Assembly (NCBI GenBank): GCA_048882325.1
Contig: JBHLRS010000014.1
Location: 1 to 64,000 of the forward strand
Direction of reading: 5' to 3'
Length of the DNA: 64,000 nt
Source of the DNA: Candidatus Thorarchaeota archaeon
GTDB lineage: Archaea > Asgardarchaeota > Thorarchaeia > Thorarchaeales > Thorarchaeaceae
Shown here: piece by piece, positions 49,542 to 60,028 of the stretch
Layout: every line of letters starts with the position of its first letter
How positions within the stretch are numbered: the first letter of the stretch is position 1
Position numbers and translations under genes: made by a program
The notes under the pieces: model-generated
What the model was told of the DNA's origin: nothing
Database searches by the model: none
What the model saw: only the letters and a program-made list of their open reading frames with translations

Positions 49542-50633
49542 TTATCCCCGAACCATTTTTTTAATTGTGTCAACAACTTCGTTGACCATGATGATTGCAC
49601 CAATCATCTCAATCTTTGGTTCTTCACCATGAGTGTCCCCGACCTCTCGAGCGACTCGAGTCATAGAACGACCAAGGCTTTCAATCAATGCAACCAGTGC
49701 TTGCTTTCCACCATCACTCTGATTACTTGATTCTACCTGGGAGATCAGTTCAACAAGATCAGATATGACACTTTCAGAAACCTCAGAGGCGGTTTCCGCT
49801 CTCCGACTAAGATCCTCCCACTTTGTTTGTGCTTCCTTCAGCTTACTTGAAAGCTCTGTTACAATGTTTTCATCAACTGGAGCCGTAGAGGGTCGTGATG
49901 CGCCTTCAGCGGCGATTCGTAGGTCAGCAATCTCAGTCTCAAGTGATTCAATCAGCGCATCTTTCATCTTGAGCTGCTCTACGATCCCTTCATCAGAAAC
50001 TGATGCAGCTACAGGGCCAGCCTTGAGTTGCTTTTCCATCAGTGCGATTGATGTTTCACGCTCACCAACTTCAGCCTTGATTGCCTCAAGCTCACCTTGA
50101 AGTGTAGTGAGGGAGTCCTCTTTCTCAGAAACGAACTCATTGAGTCGTTTGCTCTCAGCTTCAAGCTTCTGAAGCTCATCCTTTGAGCTCTTAGCTTCAT
50201 CTTTTAGACTCTTGAGTTCGTCGTTTAGCGAAACGAAATCAGGGTCAGGAGGAGAGATAACATAGTAGCCAATGATTGACAGACCCACTATGAATCCCAA
50301 GATGTAGAGAAGAGAACTTAGAATAGAACCAAAGAAGAGGTCTGACAGAAGTTGTAGAAAGTTTCCGAACAAGCTTGCTGATCCAAAACCATATAGTAGT
50401 CCGAATGTGGAATATAGAACAGCAATCAAAGCAACACCAAAACTTAGGATTCCAATGAATATCAGACCATTTCGCTTTGTAGCATTTTGAGGTAAATGTC
50501 GTTGGTAGAGAAATAGCAGAATTGCTAGTGTTAATAGTGGAACAACATAAGGCAACGATGCAACAATATCATCCATCGGAGCCTCAAATACAGCAAGTAA
50601 TTCGTATCCGACAGATGTCGAGTAGGTAACCAT
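49542..50633 (-). CDS. membrane protein with three TM helices and a long coiled coil
   Basis: Hydrophobic N-terminal third followed by a heptad-rich E/K region. Confidence 0.8.
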   Translation of the reverse strand: MVTYSTSVGYELLAVFEAPMDDIVASLPYVVPLLTLAILLFLYQRHLPQNATKRNGLIFIGILSFGVALIAVLYSTFGLLYGFGSASLFGNFLQLLSDLFFGSILSSLLYILGFIVGLSIIGYYVISPPDPDFVSLNDELKSLKDEAKSSKDELQKLEAESKRLNEFVSEKEDSLTTLQGELEAIKAEVGERETSIALMEKQLKAGPVAASVSDEGIVEQLKMKDALIESLETEIADLRIAAEGASRPSTAPVDENIVTELSSKLKEAQTKWEDLSRRAETASEVSESVISDLVELISQVESSNQSDGGKQALVALIESLGRSMTRVAREVGDTHGEEPKIEMIGAIIMVNEVVDTIKKMVRG

Positions 50634-50762
50634 TTGGAATCCTCCTTATTGACGCAAGAACCTGAGTCGTCTTGGAGGATAAAACTATTCTTTGTATTGC
50701 TTTGTAATATAGAGAGGCATGTCCGGTTCTAGAAATTTCCGGACGCAGCCCTGATACTTAGG

Positions 50763-51053
50763 TTATTTTCTCCAGAGCGCAGCTTTCTCAGCCTCATGAT
50801 CAGTCACTGCAATCTCCAGAGCCTTGAGGAGTCGAGTTGCTTCTTCGATTGAAAGGAGAAATGAACCCTTTATGTTTCTGTCCTCGCCAATCGAAACTCG
50901 AATCTTACCATCGTTGACCCATCCTTCATCGGTCTGTTCTGGCATAGAAACTTGAATTTCCAACCAGGTCCTTCGGGTTTCTTTGGTTTCACGGTCCTCA
51001 AAGAAGTGCTTTAGCTGAAGGCGTCGCTCATATGCGTGTTGTTTTGCACCCAT
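50763..51053 (-). CDS. small hypothetical protein, possible PC4/PUR-like single-stranded nucleic acid-binding fold
   Basis: Beta-strand pattern ending GSFLLSIEEATRLLKAL. Start placed at MGAKQH. Confidence 0.6.
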   Translation of the reverse strand: MGAKQHAYERRLQLKHFFEDRETKETRRTWLEIQVSMPEQTDEGWVNDGKIRVSIGEDRNIKGSFLLSIEEATRLLKALEIAVTDHEAEKAALWRK

Positions 51054-51240
51054 CTTGTTGATACACTCCGTTCTTGGGCGGACTAGTTGTCTGCCCTCAC
51101 TATATCTTAAGTGTGAAACCATTTACCCACGTCTCTCGGAGTTTCCGAGCTACCGCAGTTCGTGCGACTGCAGCAGTTAAGCACTCAAGAAAACCCTTAT
51201 CTTATGTCCAGAGTTGGTGCGATTGGAAGGACATTCTAAA

Positions 51241-54165
51241 ATGCCAGCTATCCACAAACCACATACTCGATATCTTACTGCAATTGCGATTCTAATCCTA
51301 ATGTTCACGCCGATTGCTATTTACTCAATAGGAATAGAAGTTGATAACAACCAAAGAATTGCAAAGATTGGTATGGATTTGATTGATGCACTCTCTACAA
51401 TGAATTCAGATAGTCGTGTTTCAGTAATCATCGAGTTTCCGGATGAAGTATCAGCTGATAAGAAGGTTGAGATCATCCAAGCTGCTGGACTCGATAGTGT
51501 CAAAATTCGATATTCCTACCAACTCATTCCTATGATCTCACTCACTGTCAAGGTTAGTGAGTTTCAACAGCTATCTGAGATAGAAGGAATCAAGAGAATC
51601 ACGCTCAATCATGAATGGCAGGTTCTAGATGAATCTGCTCCAGTTGAGAACTATGTCCTCGCTGATAATGGTAATGGGTACGTTCATTTTGATACTATAC
51701 TTAGTGCGGACCAGATGTGGGCGGAGGGCTTTAATGGCACAGGTATTACTATTGCGGTCTTGGACAGTGGAGTTTGGGGGGGTCATCCCGATCTTCAAGA
51801 CAGGCTAATTGGATTCAAGGATCTGATTAATGGCCAAGATGATATGAATCCAGCAGACGGGATAACAGCATACGACGACAATGGTCATGGAACTGCTTGC
51901 GCATGGAATGCAGTTGGTGATGGAACTGCAAGTAGCGGTGAACTCATGGGGATTGCGCCGGGAGCGAACCTCTTGGCCATTAAGGTGCTTGATTCAGCAG
52001 GAACTGGTGAGGATGATGTCATAGCTGATGGAGTCGAGTTTGCCATACAACAGAATGTCGATGTCATAAGCATAAGCCTTGGAGGAGAATGGGCAGACAA
52101 CATGTTCACAGTTGAGCCAACGGTCAGACAGATAGAAAACGCAATTGCTGCAGGTATCTCAGTGGTGGTAGCGGCCGGTAACTCTGGACCCGCAGCTTAC
52201 ACAATCAATTCTCCTGGAGTGGCTGAGGAAGCGGTAACAGTCGGTTCGTCTTACGGTGATTCGGGAGTAGTTGCATTCAGTAGCGTTGGACCAATATTGA
52301 GAACAAATTCGGATCCTATAGGGTATACTGCAAAACCAGATGTGGTTGCGCCTGGAAATCTAGTAGTTTCTGGGAGAGGTAACAATGCTGATGAACTTGA
52401 GTATCCAGTGTATAATAGCAGTCAGTATGGTTCTAGTTATACTAGATGGTCTGGGACTTCTGCCTCAACTCCTCTTGTGGCAGGATTGATTGCTCTGCTA
52501 ATGCAGAAGCATCTGGCACTCACACCAGTCGAAGCAAAGGTGGCTTTGATGAGTACAGCCACTAATCTTGATGCAGATCCGATGAGTCAAGGATGGGGAC
52601 TACCTAATGTTACTATGGCATCCCAATTACTGACTGATTCTTCTAGAGATATTACACTCATGACCCCTCGAAGTCTTCCGACACTTCCATGGAGCTCACA
52701 AGTTCTAATTGTTGGAGATGATCGACCACCTCAAAATGTCACGGTGATTTCAACACATTCAGTAGGCATGGTCGACATCACTATATCTGGTAATGCAAGT
52801 GCGTTCCTAGAAACCAATGTTGACCAGATATCTGTACCAACAGGTTACTCTTACTTCGGTGTTGCCCTCTCAGTACCAGAGGATGTTCCACTCTCTGCTG
52901 TTGGTGTATACACTGGTCACCTCAACCTTACACAAAACAGTGATGTGATCGCATCCATTGAGTTATACTACTCAATTACCTTGTTTGGTGGTAGAATGAT
53001 GGTGGATATGGAACATCACTCAAGCGGCCCGAACGGAGATGTCGATGACCCATCATATTATGGATACTTCACCGAGTATCTACGAGAGAGCGGAATGATC
53101 GTTTCCGAGTTTGGAGATGCAGAAGATTTCAGCAGGAGCTACATAGACCTTGATACAATATCGAGTGCAGACGTGTTCACGATCATGGACACTGAAACCT
53201 CATACACAGAGGGCGAGGTATCAGCAATCCATAGTTTTGTTGATAATGGTGGAACTCTACTTGTCTTCTCAGAATCATTTGACCAGACAACAGGAGAAGC
53301 ATCATTCGCGTTCGATGATTATAATGAGATCCTCGAACCATTTGGTATTCAGTGTGAGGAGCGTCAGATAGGTTTCGGACCAGGCGGATATGGTCTTGTA
53401 TATGGAGCGAATTATAGTGGTTTTGTTGAGAATGATCCACTGATGGATGGTGTGAGTGATCTCTATGTCATTCAAGGGAGCACCCTCAGTGTTGACCCTC
53501 TAGTATCAAATGCTAAAGGGCTCTTTTGGGAAGATGCGGCCAAGACTCATGCTATTGTTGCCACAGCTGAGTATGGGCGAGGTCAAGTATATGTCATCTC
53601 GGACGGTTCAACACTGTACGATGACATCCTCTACGATGCTATCAATGCGGGTGCTGACAATCTAAGACTTCTCAGAAATTTGGCTTCAGCAATCATTCCA
53701 GACGCTCCACGGATATATGACATTGAGCTCAATGTTGCAGGATTAGGAGAAGAGGGAAACGTAACAGCCTACATATTCGATGATAATCTGGAAAGTGTTT
53801 CGATGACTGTAATTGGACCTTCAGGATCAGACCTGTCTGGGACCATTGAAGAAGAGTTTGGCTACAAGTTCTCATCCACCTTCATCTTCAACAGTGGAGG
53901 ATTTTTCTCAATCCAAGTTGAAGCTATTGATTCAGACGGAAATGTAAGAGTGTTTCAAAAGACAATCCTCGTTCCTGTGGATGCAGCGGATGACGCCCTA
54001 ATCCTAACAGTCATCTATTCTCTTTTAGGTGTGGTTGGAGTTGGTCTTGTGTACGTTCTTTTCCTCAGACGGCAAGGTAGAACTAAGCAGCCTAGGAGAT
54101 ACGAAACGCCGCCAACAAGGCCCTCAGAGGATGAATGGGAATTGCCACCACCATCTATCGAATAG
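51241..54165 (+). CDS. membrane-anchored S8 peptidase with C-terminal accessory domains
   Basis: LDSG / NGHGT / SGTSAS; AAGNSG; KPDVVAPG; N-terminal signal; C-terminal TM helix. Confidence 0.92.
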   Translation: MPAIHKPHTRYLTAIAILILMFTPIAIYSIGIEVDNNQRIAKIGMDLIDALSTMNSDSRVSVIIEFPDEVSADKKVEIIQAAGLDSVKIRYSYQLIPMISLTVKVSEFQQLSEIEGIKRITLNHEWQVLDESAPVENYVLADNGNGYVHFDTILSADQMWAEGFNGTGITIAVLDSGVWGGHPDLQDRLIGFKDLINGQDDMNPADGITAYDDNGHGTACAWNAVGDGTASSGELMGIAPGANLLAIKVLDSAGTGEDDVIADGVEFAIQQNVDVISISLGGEWADNMFTVEPTVRQIENAIAAGISVVVAAGNSGPAAYTINSPGVAEEAVTVGSSYGDSGVVAFSSVGPILRTNSDPIGYTAKPDVVAPGNLVVSGRGNNADELEYPVYNSSQYGSSYTRWSGTSASTPLVAGLIALLMQKHLALTPVEAKVALMSTATNLDADPMSQGWGLPNVTMASQLLTDSSRDITLMTPRSLPTLPWSSQVLIVGDDRPPQNVTVISTHSVGMVDITISGNASAFLETNVDQISVPTGYSYFGVALSVPEDVPLSAVGVYTGHLNLTQNSDVIASIELYYSITLFGGRMMVDMEHHSSGPNGDVDDPSYYGYFTEYLRESGMIVSEFGDAEDFSRSYIDLDTISSADVFTIMDTETSYTEGEVSAIHSFVDNGGTLLVFSESFDQTTGEASFAFDDYNEILEPFGIQCEERQIGFGPGGYGLVYGANYSGFVENDPLMDGVSDLYVIQGSTLSVDPLVSNAKGLFWEDAAKTHAIVATAEYGRGQVYVISDGSTLYDDILYDAINAGADNLRLLRNLASAIIPDAPRIYDIELNVAGLGEEGNVTAYIFDDNLESVSMTVIGPSGSDLSGTIEEEFGYKFSSTFIFNSGGFFSIQVEAIDSDGNVRVFQKTILVPVDAADDALILTVIYSLLGVVGVGLVYVLFLRRQGRTKQPRRYETPPTRPSEDEWELPPPSIE

Positions 54166-55435
54166 GCCCGAAAGTTGTTTCAAGATACTCTCTTAGACGT
54201 TCATGTTGAGGTTTTAGTAGAGCCCTGTCCTTGAGAATAGCACCAGATTCTACTCGCTCAAGTATCTGGTATCCTAAGCGAGCTCCCATGCGTGATGATA
54301 TCACCTGACCACCAATAAGTTGGCCATCATTGGAAGTGACTAAAGCAATTTTCGCAAATTCTGCTGGATAGTCGATGTATTGAATATCTGTCTTGATTCC
54401 CATTGCTTTTGCAGTAGTTGTTGAGTGTCCAACAACAACGATATCGGTGTTGAATATCCTGTCATACTGTAACCGACGAAGGGTGTCATCGTAAATCTTA
54501 CTTCCACCTGCTGCGATGACTCCAGCCTGTCGCCCTGCCCGTGCAGCAACACTACCAATAGGCAGAAGCAACGGTTTTCCAGTCAGTGAGTCTTTCATCT
54601 CGACGCAATCACCCACGGCATAGATGTCATCAACTGAGGTCTTCATTCTTTCATCAACGATAATACCACCAAGGCGTCCAATCTTCACGCCTAGCTCCTG
54701 GGCCAGGGTTGTATTAGGTCTGACTCCAGTCATGAATAATATAGCATCTGCAGGAACGGTCTCACCATCTAGCATAATCCCTTCCACTCTCTTTTCACCG
54801 ACGACAGCTGATGGAGACTTTCCAAAATGCAACTTTAGCTTCTCTGGTAGTCGCGACCGAAGTTCTGAACTCATTTCTTCTTCTAACTGTGTTCTCATAA
54901 GTCGTGACCGAATGACCATATGAACCTCTTTGCCCAATGATAGAAGTCTCTCAACTGTTTCGAGACCGCTAAAACCAGCACCAACGACGACAATTTTGCT
55001 CATTCCGGAAAGCTGCTTACCAATCTCACTAGTGTCAGCCATACCCTGGATGGTGTATACTCCTGACAAATCTACACCGGGCAGTTTCGGAACTGCTGGT
55101 ACACCTCCTGTAGCAAGAATGAGAGAGTCATATTCCAAGGTCTTTTTGCCACCGAGGCCTTCGATCTTGAGTTCCTTGTTCTTTGAATCCCCTCCAGTCA
55201 CTTTTGTATCAATTGTTGTGCTGATTCGTCTTTTTGAGAGTGCTTCAAAAGACCAGTCTTTAATCTGTAGTTCAGGAGTGTCAGGAAACTCAAGAGCCAT
55301 AGATGCACCTGGTTTCTTATGAGACTCTATGGTTTCCTCTGTGATTATTTCGATTTCAGAGTCTGAGTTGAAGAGTCTAGCTGCTACTGCAGCCGCAGCT
55401 CCGCCAGGACCATAACCAATGATAACTATCTTCAA
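54155..55435 (-). CDS. FAD/NAD(P)-dependent oxidoreductase (NADH oxidase/CoADR-like scaffold)
   Basis: GYGPGG, LATGG, GAGFSGLE, TSVDDIYAVGDC. Confidence 0.88.
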   Translation of the reverse strand: MKIVIIGYGPGGAAAAVAARLFNSDSEIEIITEETIESHKKPGASMALEFPDTPELQIKDWSFEALSKRRISTTIDTKVTGGDSKNKELKIEGLGGKKTLEYDSLILATGGVPAVPKLPGVDLSGVYTIQGMADTSEIGKQLSGMSKIVVVGAGFSGLETVERLLSLGKEVHMVIRSRLMRTQLEEEMSSELRSRLPEKLKLHFGKSPSAVVGEKRVEGIMLDGETVPADAILFMTGVRPNTTLAQELGVKIGRLGGIIVDERMKTSVDDIYAVGDCVEMKDSLTGKPLLLPIGSVAARAGRQAGVIAAGGSKIYDDTLRRLQYDRIFNTDIVVVGHSTTTAKAMGIKTDIQYIDYPAEFAKIALVTSNDGQLIGGQVISSRMGARLGYQILERVESGAILKDRALLKPQHERLREYLETTFGPIR

Positions 55436-58400
55436 ACCATGTCACCTCTACGTCGTTTCAGTCCGAACATTATAACACAACCCACAATAAGAGCTGCGAT
55501 TCCAATGATGAGTATTGAATTGTCCTGTACCACCCGTAGTGTGGCGAAATTCACTTCTGTACCAGGAACAGCCTGCCCTATAGCGATTGCGTATACATCG
55601 TGAGTGCCTAACTGGAAGTAGGTGGGTGTTATTTCATACTCGTAAACCCCATCATTGCTCGTGAGTGAGAAGTTCAACCATGACCCCGTTTCTGAATGAA
55701 AGGCAATGAAAACCGCTGCAGCAAGAGAAAAGCCCTCAAGGACTAGCTCACCAGATATCCGATCATTGAATAGGAAACCAACTCTCACAACCTCCCTATC
55801 GAGAGTAGTAATGCTGAAAGACATCTGGGGCCCGATTTGTGTCGAGAGAAGAACGAGTGGGAGTATAATAGAGGAACCTTCGGAAGTGATATTGACTAAT
55901 AGACTATTGAGGTGTGGAGAAGTGATTAGATCCTCAGGAACAATGAATTCAAACTCACCATCCACAACGCGCGATGTCGAGTTTAGTATCTGCAAAGGTC
56001 CGTTAACCAGACTCCAACTTACTGTTTGAAAAGCTGAATCTCGATCATTGGGAGTCACGTGTATAATCATTGAGCCATCATTGAACTCTAGCCAGAGGTC
56101 CTCCATAACAGGAAGCAACATATCAGTGATCATTCCAGGACCAGCTTGGTCTATGTTCGTCATTGATGAGTTATGTGTGCTCAGGGAAATATCGCCACGC
56201 GATCCCTGCTGCAAACCTTCCAAGCGTAGAATCACACTTGTTGCATCTACCAACCAACTTGATCCAAGAGATGATGTGTCATATGAACTACCATTCCATT
56301 CGTACACATTGGATGAGCCTTCTGTGATGTTAACAACGAGGTCTGCTCCGTTTTGCCCAGTTCCAACATTAGAGTCGGTATCCCACTCAATCATGAGAAC
56401 ATCAGTACCTGAAAAATCTGGAACATCTCTCATTCTAATCGCGAAGCTGACAGAGTTGTTGTCGACAAATGACTTTGCTGAAAGCAGGTCGTGACCACCC
56501 ATTATTGCGGGGTCCACTGCATCAGCAATCAACTCATTCACACCAACCCAATCTGATTCAACCTTATTGTCAAGACCTGGTGATTCCAGTACTTGAACAA
56601 CAGACCAGAGTGCATCAGCAAGACCATGCCCCCATGCTGTTGAAGCGGTTTCATAATGAGAAGTCTGACCGCCAGCACCGTTGACGAGAGCAGAATAGTC
56701 TAGCCATGCAGAGTCGAGATCAGACGCTTGATGTATTAGAGCCATCACCCCAGCTATGTGAGGCGATGCCATGCTTGTTCCATCTTTTGTAGTCCAAAGA
56801 AGAGACACACTATTTCTAGCGGCTCTAATATTGTCTCCCGGAGCTGCTACAGTTGGTTTGGGAGCACCATCAATCCTGGGTCCTTTACTTGAAGAAGCCA
56901 TAATTCCTGTACTTGCTTCGCTATAGGCAGCAACAGTTATTGCGAAATCAGCTGTTCCTGGAGAGCTAATTGTTCGACCAGGATCTAATGACGTCTGGAA
57001 GTACATATTCGATGTTTCCCATTGACCGTCCCAAGCAAACGCATCAACCCAAACAGGGTCGCCAACCTCATTGGTCACATTGACATACCAAACACCGTTC
57101 TCCCAGTGATGCAGAGGTTCAGATATTTGAATTATCAAACTGTTCAATCCTCGGATACTAACATCCGCAAAGACATAGGCGGAGAGATTTTCATTTTCAA
57201 GAGCCCAGGACTGCTCTGCTATATCTGAAAATGCACCCAAATCGATTGGATCTGCATTAGGTGGTGTCAAGAGGATATGCTCATCATCATCAGAAGAATG
57301 CCACAACAAACTCAGGAATGAATAGGTTGGTGGATTTGTGACAACTAACCTTGTTGAACCTTGACCACCTGAATCTGCAGAGAAATGAGCATGTTTGTTC
57401 TTATCGCCAAGATTTCCAGCAGCGGCTACTGTAATTAATCCGTGTCTGAGGAATGCTTCTGAAATAGCCAGATCTTCTAAGTCGGTGCCATCCAAAAAGC
57501 CAAGATAGGAAGAGAATGACATATTGATGATGTCAGCTTCGTTCTCAATGGCAAAGGAAATACCATCGAGGATATCAGCTGACTGAAGCTCACTCTTTAT
57601 GATCAGCAAGTCAGCACCAGGAGCAACACCAACGTAGGAGGTCATACCATATTGACCACCTGCTATTGTTGAGGCTACATGGGTCCCATGGCCATGATTG
57701 TCGCTAACAGAAACAGCTAGAGTGAGATTTACATCCCGGATGTACACGTTCGAATTCTCTTGATCGTAAAGAATAGCCACTTTTGGTACATCAAGGAGCA
57801 TGACCTTCTCAGTGGCAAAGGTGATGACATTATCATCATTTGCATCAATTCCACCAATCCATCGGTCTCCAGAAGCATAACTGAATCCCGAAACACCGTC
57901 AGCATTGATATACAAGTAATCGGAAGAATAGTCGAATTCAAATCCCAGAGGGAACTGAGTCACAGCCCTGACTGGTCCTTCTCCTGGATCTTCTGTCACA
58001 TCCCCATCTAAGTCTACATAATAATATGACCCTGCATCAATGACTGAATACTCGCCAGGGGATGCCCTCCAGAAACTTGGATGCGTCCAATGAGCTCCGG
58101 TATCAAGAACAGCCACCAAAACTCCAGATCCATTGACGTCACCTCCATCTTTGTTGAGATTGGTCCAGACATCATCAGCATTGATTGCTGGAACTGAAGA
58201 TGTGATCGATGGCACATATTGCTTCGTTCCCGATGTGGCTCTGACCAAACCGATTTTGGCCAAAGATTTCAAGGAATCTACGTTCCTGACGTTTACAGAA
58301 TATATCCTACCAACATTGACGATGCTCTCCCTTCTTCTCACAAAGTGCACACCTAAACTCTCAGCTTGTAGAATCTCAGCTTCGGTAAGTGGAGTGTTAA

Positions 58401-58575
58401 ACTCAAGTAGGGCACTGGCCCCGTTATTGGATGAGAGGATTTCTAATTTCAATCGTGATTCGATCAAAGGTTCTCCAACGTTGATTGGAGAACTCAATTC
58501 TAGTCGCGCGACTACTGATGGTATGAAAAACATTGGCATGAGTAGGATTGCAAGAATGAAATATCTTCGGTACAT
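55432..58575 (-). CDS. membrane-anchored S8 peptidase
   Basis: LDTG / HGHGTHVA / GTSMASP; AAGN; signal peptide MYRRYF; C-terminal TM helix and KRRR. Confidence 0.92.
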   Translation of the reverse strand: MYRRYFILAILLMPMFFIPSVVARLELSSPINVGEPLIESRLKLEILSSNNGASALLEFNTPLTEAEILQAESLGVHFVRRRESIVNVGRIYSVNVRNVDSLKSLAKIGLVRATSGTKQYVPSITSSVPAINADDVWTNLNKDGGDVNGSGVLVAVLDTGAHWTHPSFWRASPGEYSVIDAGSYYYVDLDGDVTEDPGEGPVRAVTQFPLGFEFDYSSDYLYINADGVSGFSYASGDRWIGGIDANDDNVITFATEKVMLLDVPKVAILYDQENSNVYIRDVNLTLAVSVSDNHGHGTHVASTIAGGQYGMTSYVGVAPGADLLIIKSELQSADILDGISFAIENEADIINMSFSSYLGFLDGTDLEDLAISEAFLRHGLITVAAAGNLGDKNKHAHFSADSGGQGSTRLVVTNPPTYSFLSLLWHSSDDDEHILLTPPNADPIDLGAFSDIAEQSWALENENLSAYVFADVSIRGLNSLIIQISEPLHHWENGVWYVNVTNEVGDPVWVDAFAWDGQWETSNMYFQTSLDPGRTISSPGTADFAITVAAYSEASTGIMASSSKGPRIDGAPKPTVAAPGDNIRAARNSVSLLWTTKDGTSMASPHIAGVMALIHQASDLDSAWLDYSALVNGAGGQTSHYETASTAWGHGLADALWSVVQVLESPGLDNKVESDWVGVNELIADAVDPAIMGGHDLLSAKSFVDNNSVSFAIRMRDVPDFSGTDVLMIEWDTDSNVGTGQNGADLVVNITEGSSNVYEWNGSSYDTSSLGSSWLVDATSVILRLEGLQQGSRGDISLSTHNSSMTNIDQAGPGMITDMLLPVMEDLWLEFNDGSMIIHVTPNDRDSAFQTVSWSLVNGPLQILNSTSRVVDGEFEFIVPEDLITSPHLNSLLVNITSEGSSIILPLVLLSTQIGPQMSFSITTLDREVVRVGFLFNDRISGELVLEGFSLAAAVFIAFHSETGSWLNFSLTSNDGVYEYEITPTYFQLGTHDVYAIAIGQAVPGTEVNFATLRVVQDNSILIIGIAALIVGCVIMFGLKRRRGDMV

Positions 58576-58658
58576 TGGAGTCCCTCTGTGGTGGTGTGAT
58601 GTCGTTCTCATTGTTTGCCTGATATGCTTTTGTGTTGTTTCTCTGGTGCTTTACGTGG

Positions 58659-60017
58659 TTATTCCTTGGCAATGATGTCAATACTGTTACAGATGATTTC
58701 AGGTCCAATCCAGCTTTCCAGTCGATGTGGTGTCTTCGCAACCTCTACAACATTCTCTAGCACGCTGAAAGCGTTCCCAGAAACCATTAGACCATTGATT
58801 GCACCAACCATCTTTCCATCTTCAATTAAGAAAGCAGGATTACCAACAACACTGAAGTCGCCGGATTCTGGGTTAGCACTGTGGGCTCCTTGTACGCTCT
58901 GAATATAGTAACCATGATCGATTTCAGAGATGATTTCATCAATCTCTCGTTTGCCAGATTCTACAACAAGATTCGTGTGTGCAATCTCAACAAGTCCTTG
59001 ACGCAAATCCCTTTTTGCATTGCCTGTACTCTTCACACTCATTTTGTTTGCCCAATATGTATCCCATAGGAATGAACGGAGAACACCATTTTCAATGATC
59101 GAAGTCTTACGTCTTGGTACTCCCTCATCGTCCGATATGGAAGTATTTGTGCCGCCTGGATAAAGTCCATCATCACTGAGTGAGAATAGCTTGGAAGCGA
59201 TTTGGTCTCCAAGTTTGTCTGCAATCATGGATTTTCCTCGTGCAACATTGTCACCTCTGACGCTGCGAATCAATGTGTAATTGAGAAATGCAGCGTACGC
59301 TTGGGGATGGAAGACCACTGTTTGCTTCCCAGTCTTTCCCTTCACCAATGTTTTGCAAAGTCGAATTCGTTTAGCCAGCTCTGATACAGTCTTATCAAGG
59401 TCTAAGTCAAGATTCCTGTTGATGTCGTATGATATCGTCATTGGCGTCATTCCTGATTCAATCTGAGCTGCAGCAACACCAGCAATGAATGCAACAGTAC
59501 CCTTCTCAGCATGGGAAACTCCTTTACTATTGGCATATGCTTCATACGCATAGGCAACAGCTGTGGCTCCACCCACTAGTATAAGACCTTCCTCAGCAGC
59601 TGAAGCTTTCTCAATTAGCTCTCCTGTGGTTTCAACAATCGCGTCAGGTTTTGTTTGGACAACCTCATTATGCCAAAGATTACCTAGAGAAGCATAGGAT
59701 TCTGGAGTCGAAAATGATATCCAGTCAGGATCTTCTGATGTTGCTTTTGCGGCATTGATTGCAAACTGGACCGTTTCCCTAGCAGCCTCTTCTGTCGCAA
59801 TATTCGTGAAGGCGCCGCCCATTTTCTTGTCAATAACCACGCGAATCGCAATTTCTACTCCACTATATTGGTTCACGCTACTTATCTGGGCAAGTTCGAT
59901 TTCAGATTCTAGTTCTGAAACAATTTTAGCTTGAACTTCAGCTTCATCAGCTCCAGACTCTTTTGCGTAGGATATGATATATTCGGCTAATTCTAGTAAT
60001 TCTTGCTCATTGTTCAT
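58659..60017 (-). CDS. pmbA: PmbA/TldE family protein
   Basis: DDEGVP, ENGVL, STGNAKR, NPESGDFS; lacks the HExxxH motif. Confidence 0.9.
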   Translation of the reverse strand: MNNEQELLELAEYIISYAKESGADEAEVQAKIVSELESEIELAQISSVNQYSGVEIAIRVVIDKKMGGAFTNIATEEAARETVQFAINAAKATSEDPDWISFSTPESYASLGNLWHNEVVQTKPDAIVETTGELIEKASAAEEGLILVGGATAVAYAYEAYANSKGVSHAEKGTVAFIAGVAAAQIESGMTPMTISYDINRNLDLDLDKTVSELAKRIRLCKTLVKGKTGKQTVVFHPQAYAAFLNYTLIRSVRGDNVARGKSMIADKLGDQIASKLFSLSDDGLYPGGTNTSISDDEGVPRRKTSIIENGVLRSFLWDTYWANKMSVKSTGNAKRDLRQGLVEIAHTNLVVESGKREIDEIISEIDHGYYIQSVQGAHSANPESGDFSVVGNPAFLIEDGKMVGAINGLMVSGNAFSVLENVVEVAKTPHRLESWIGPEIICNSIDIIAKE

Positions 60018-60028
60018 TTTATCACCAC

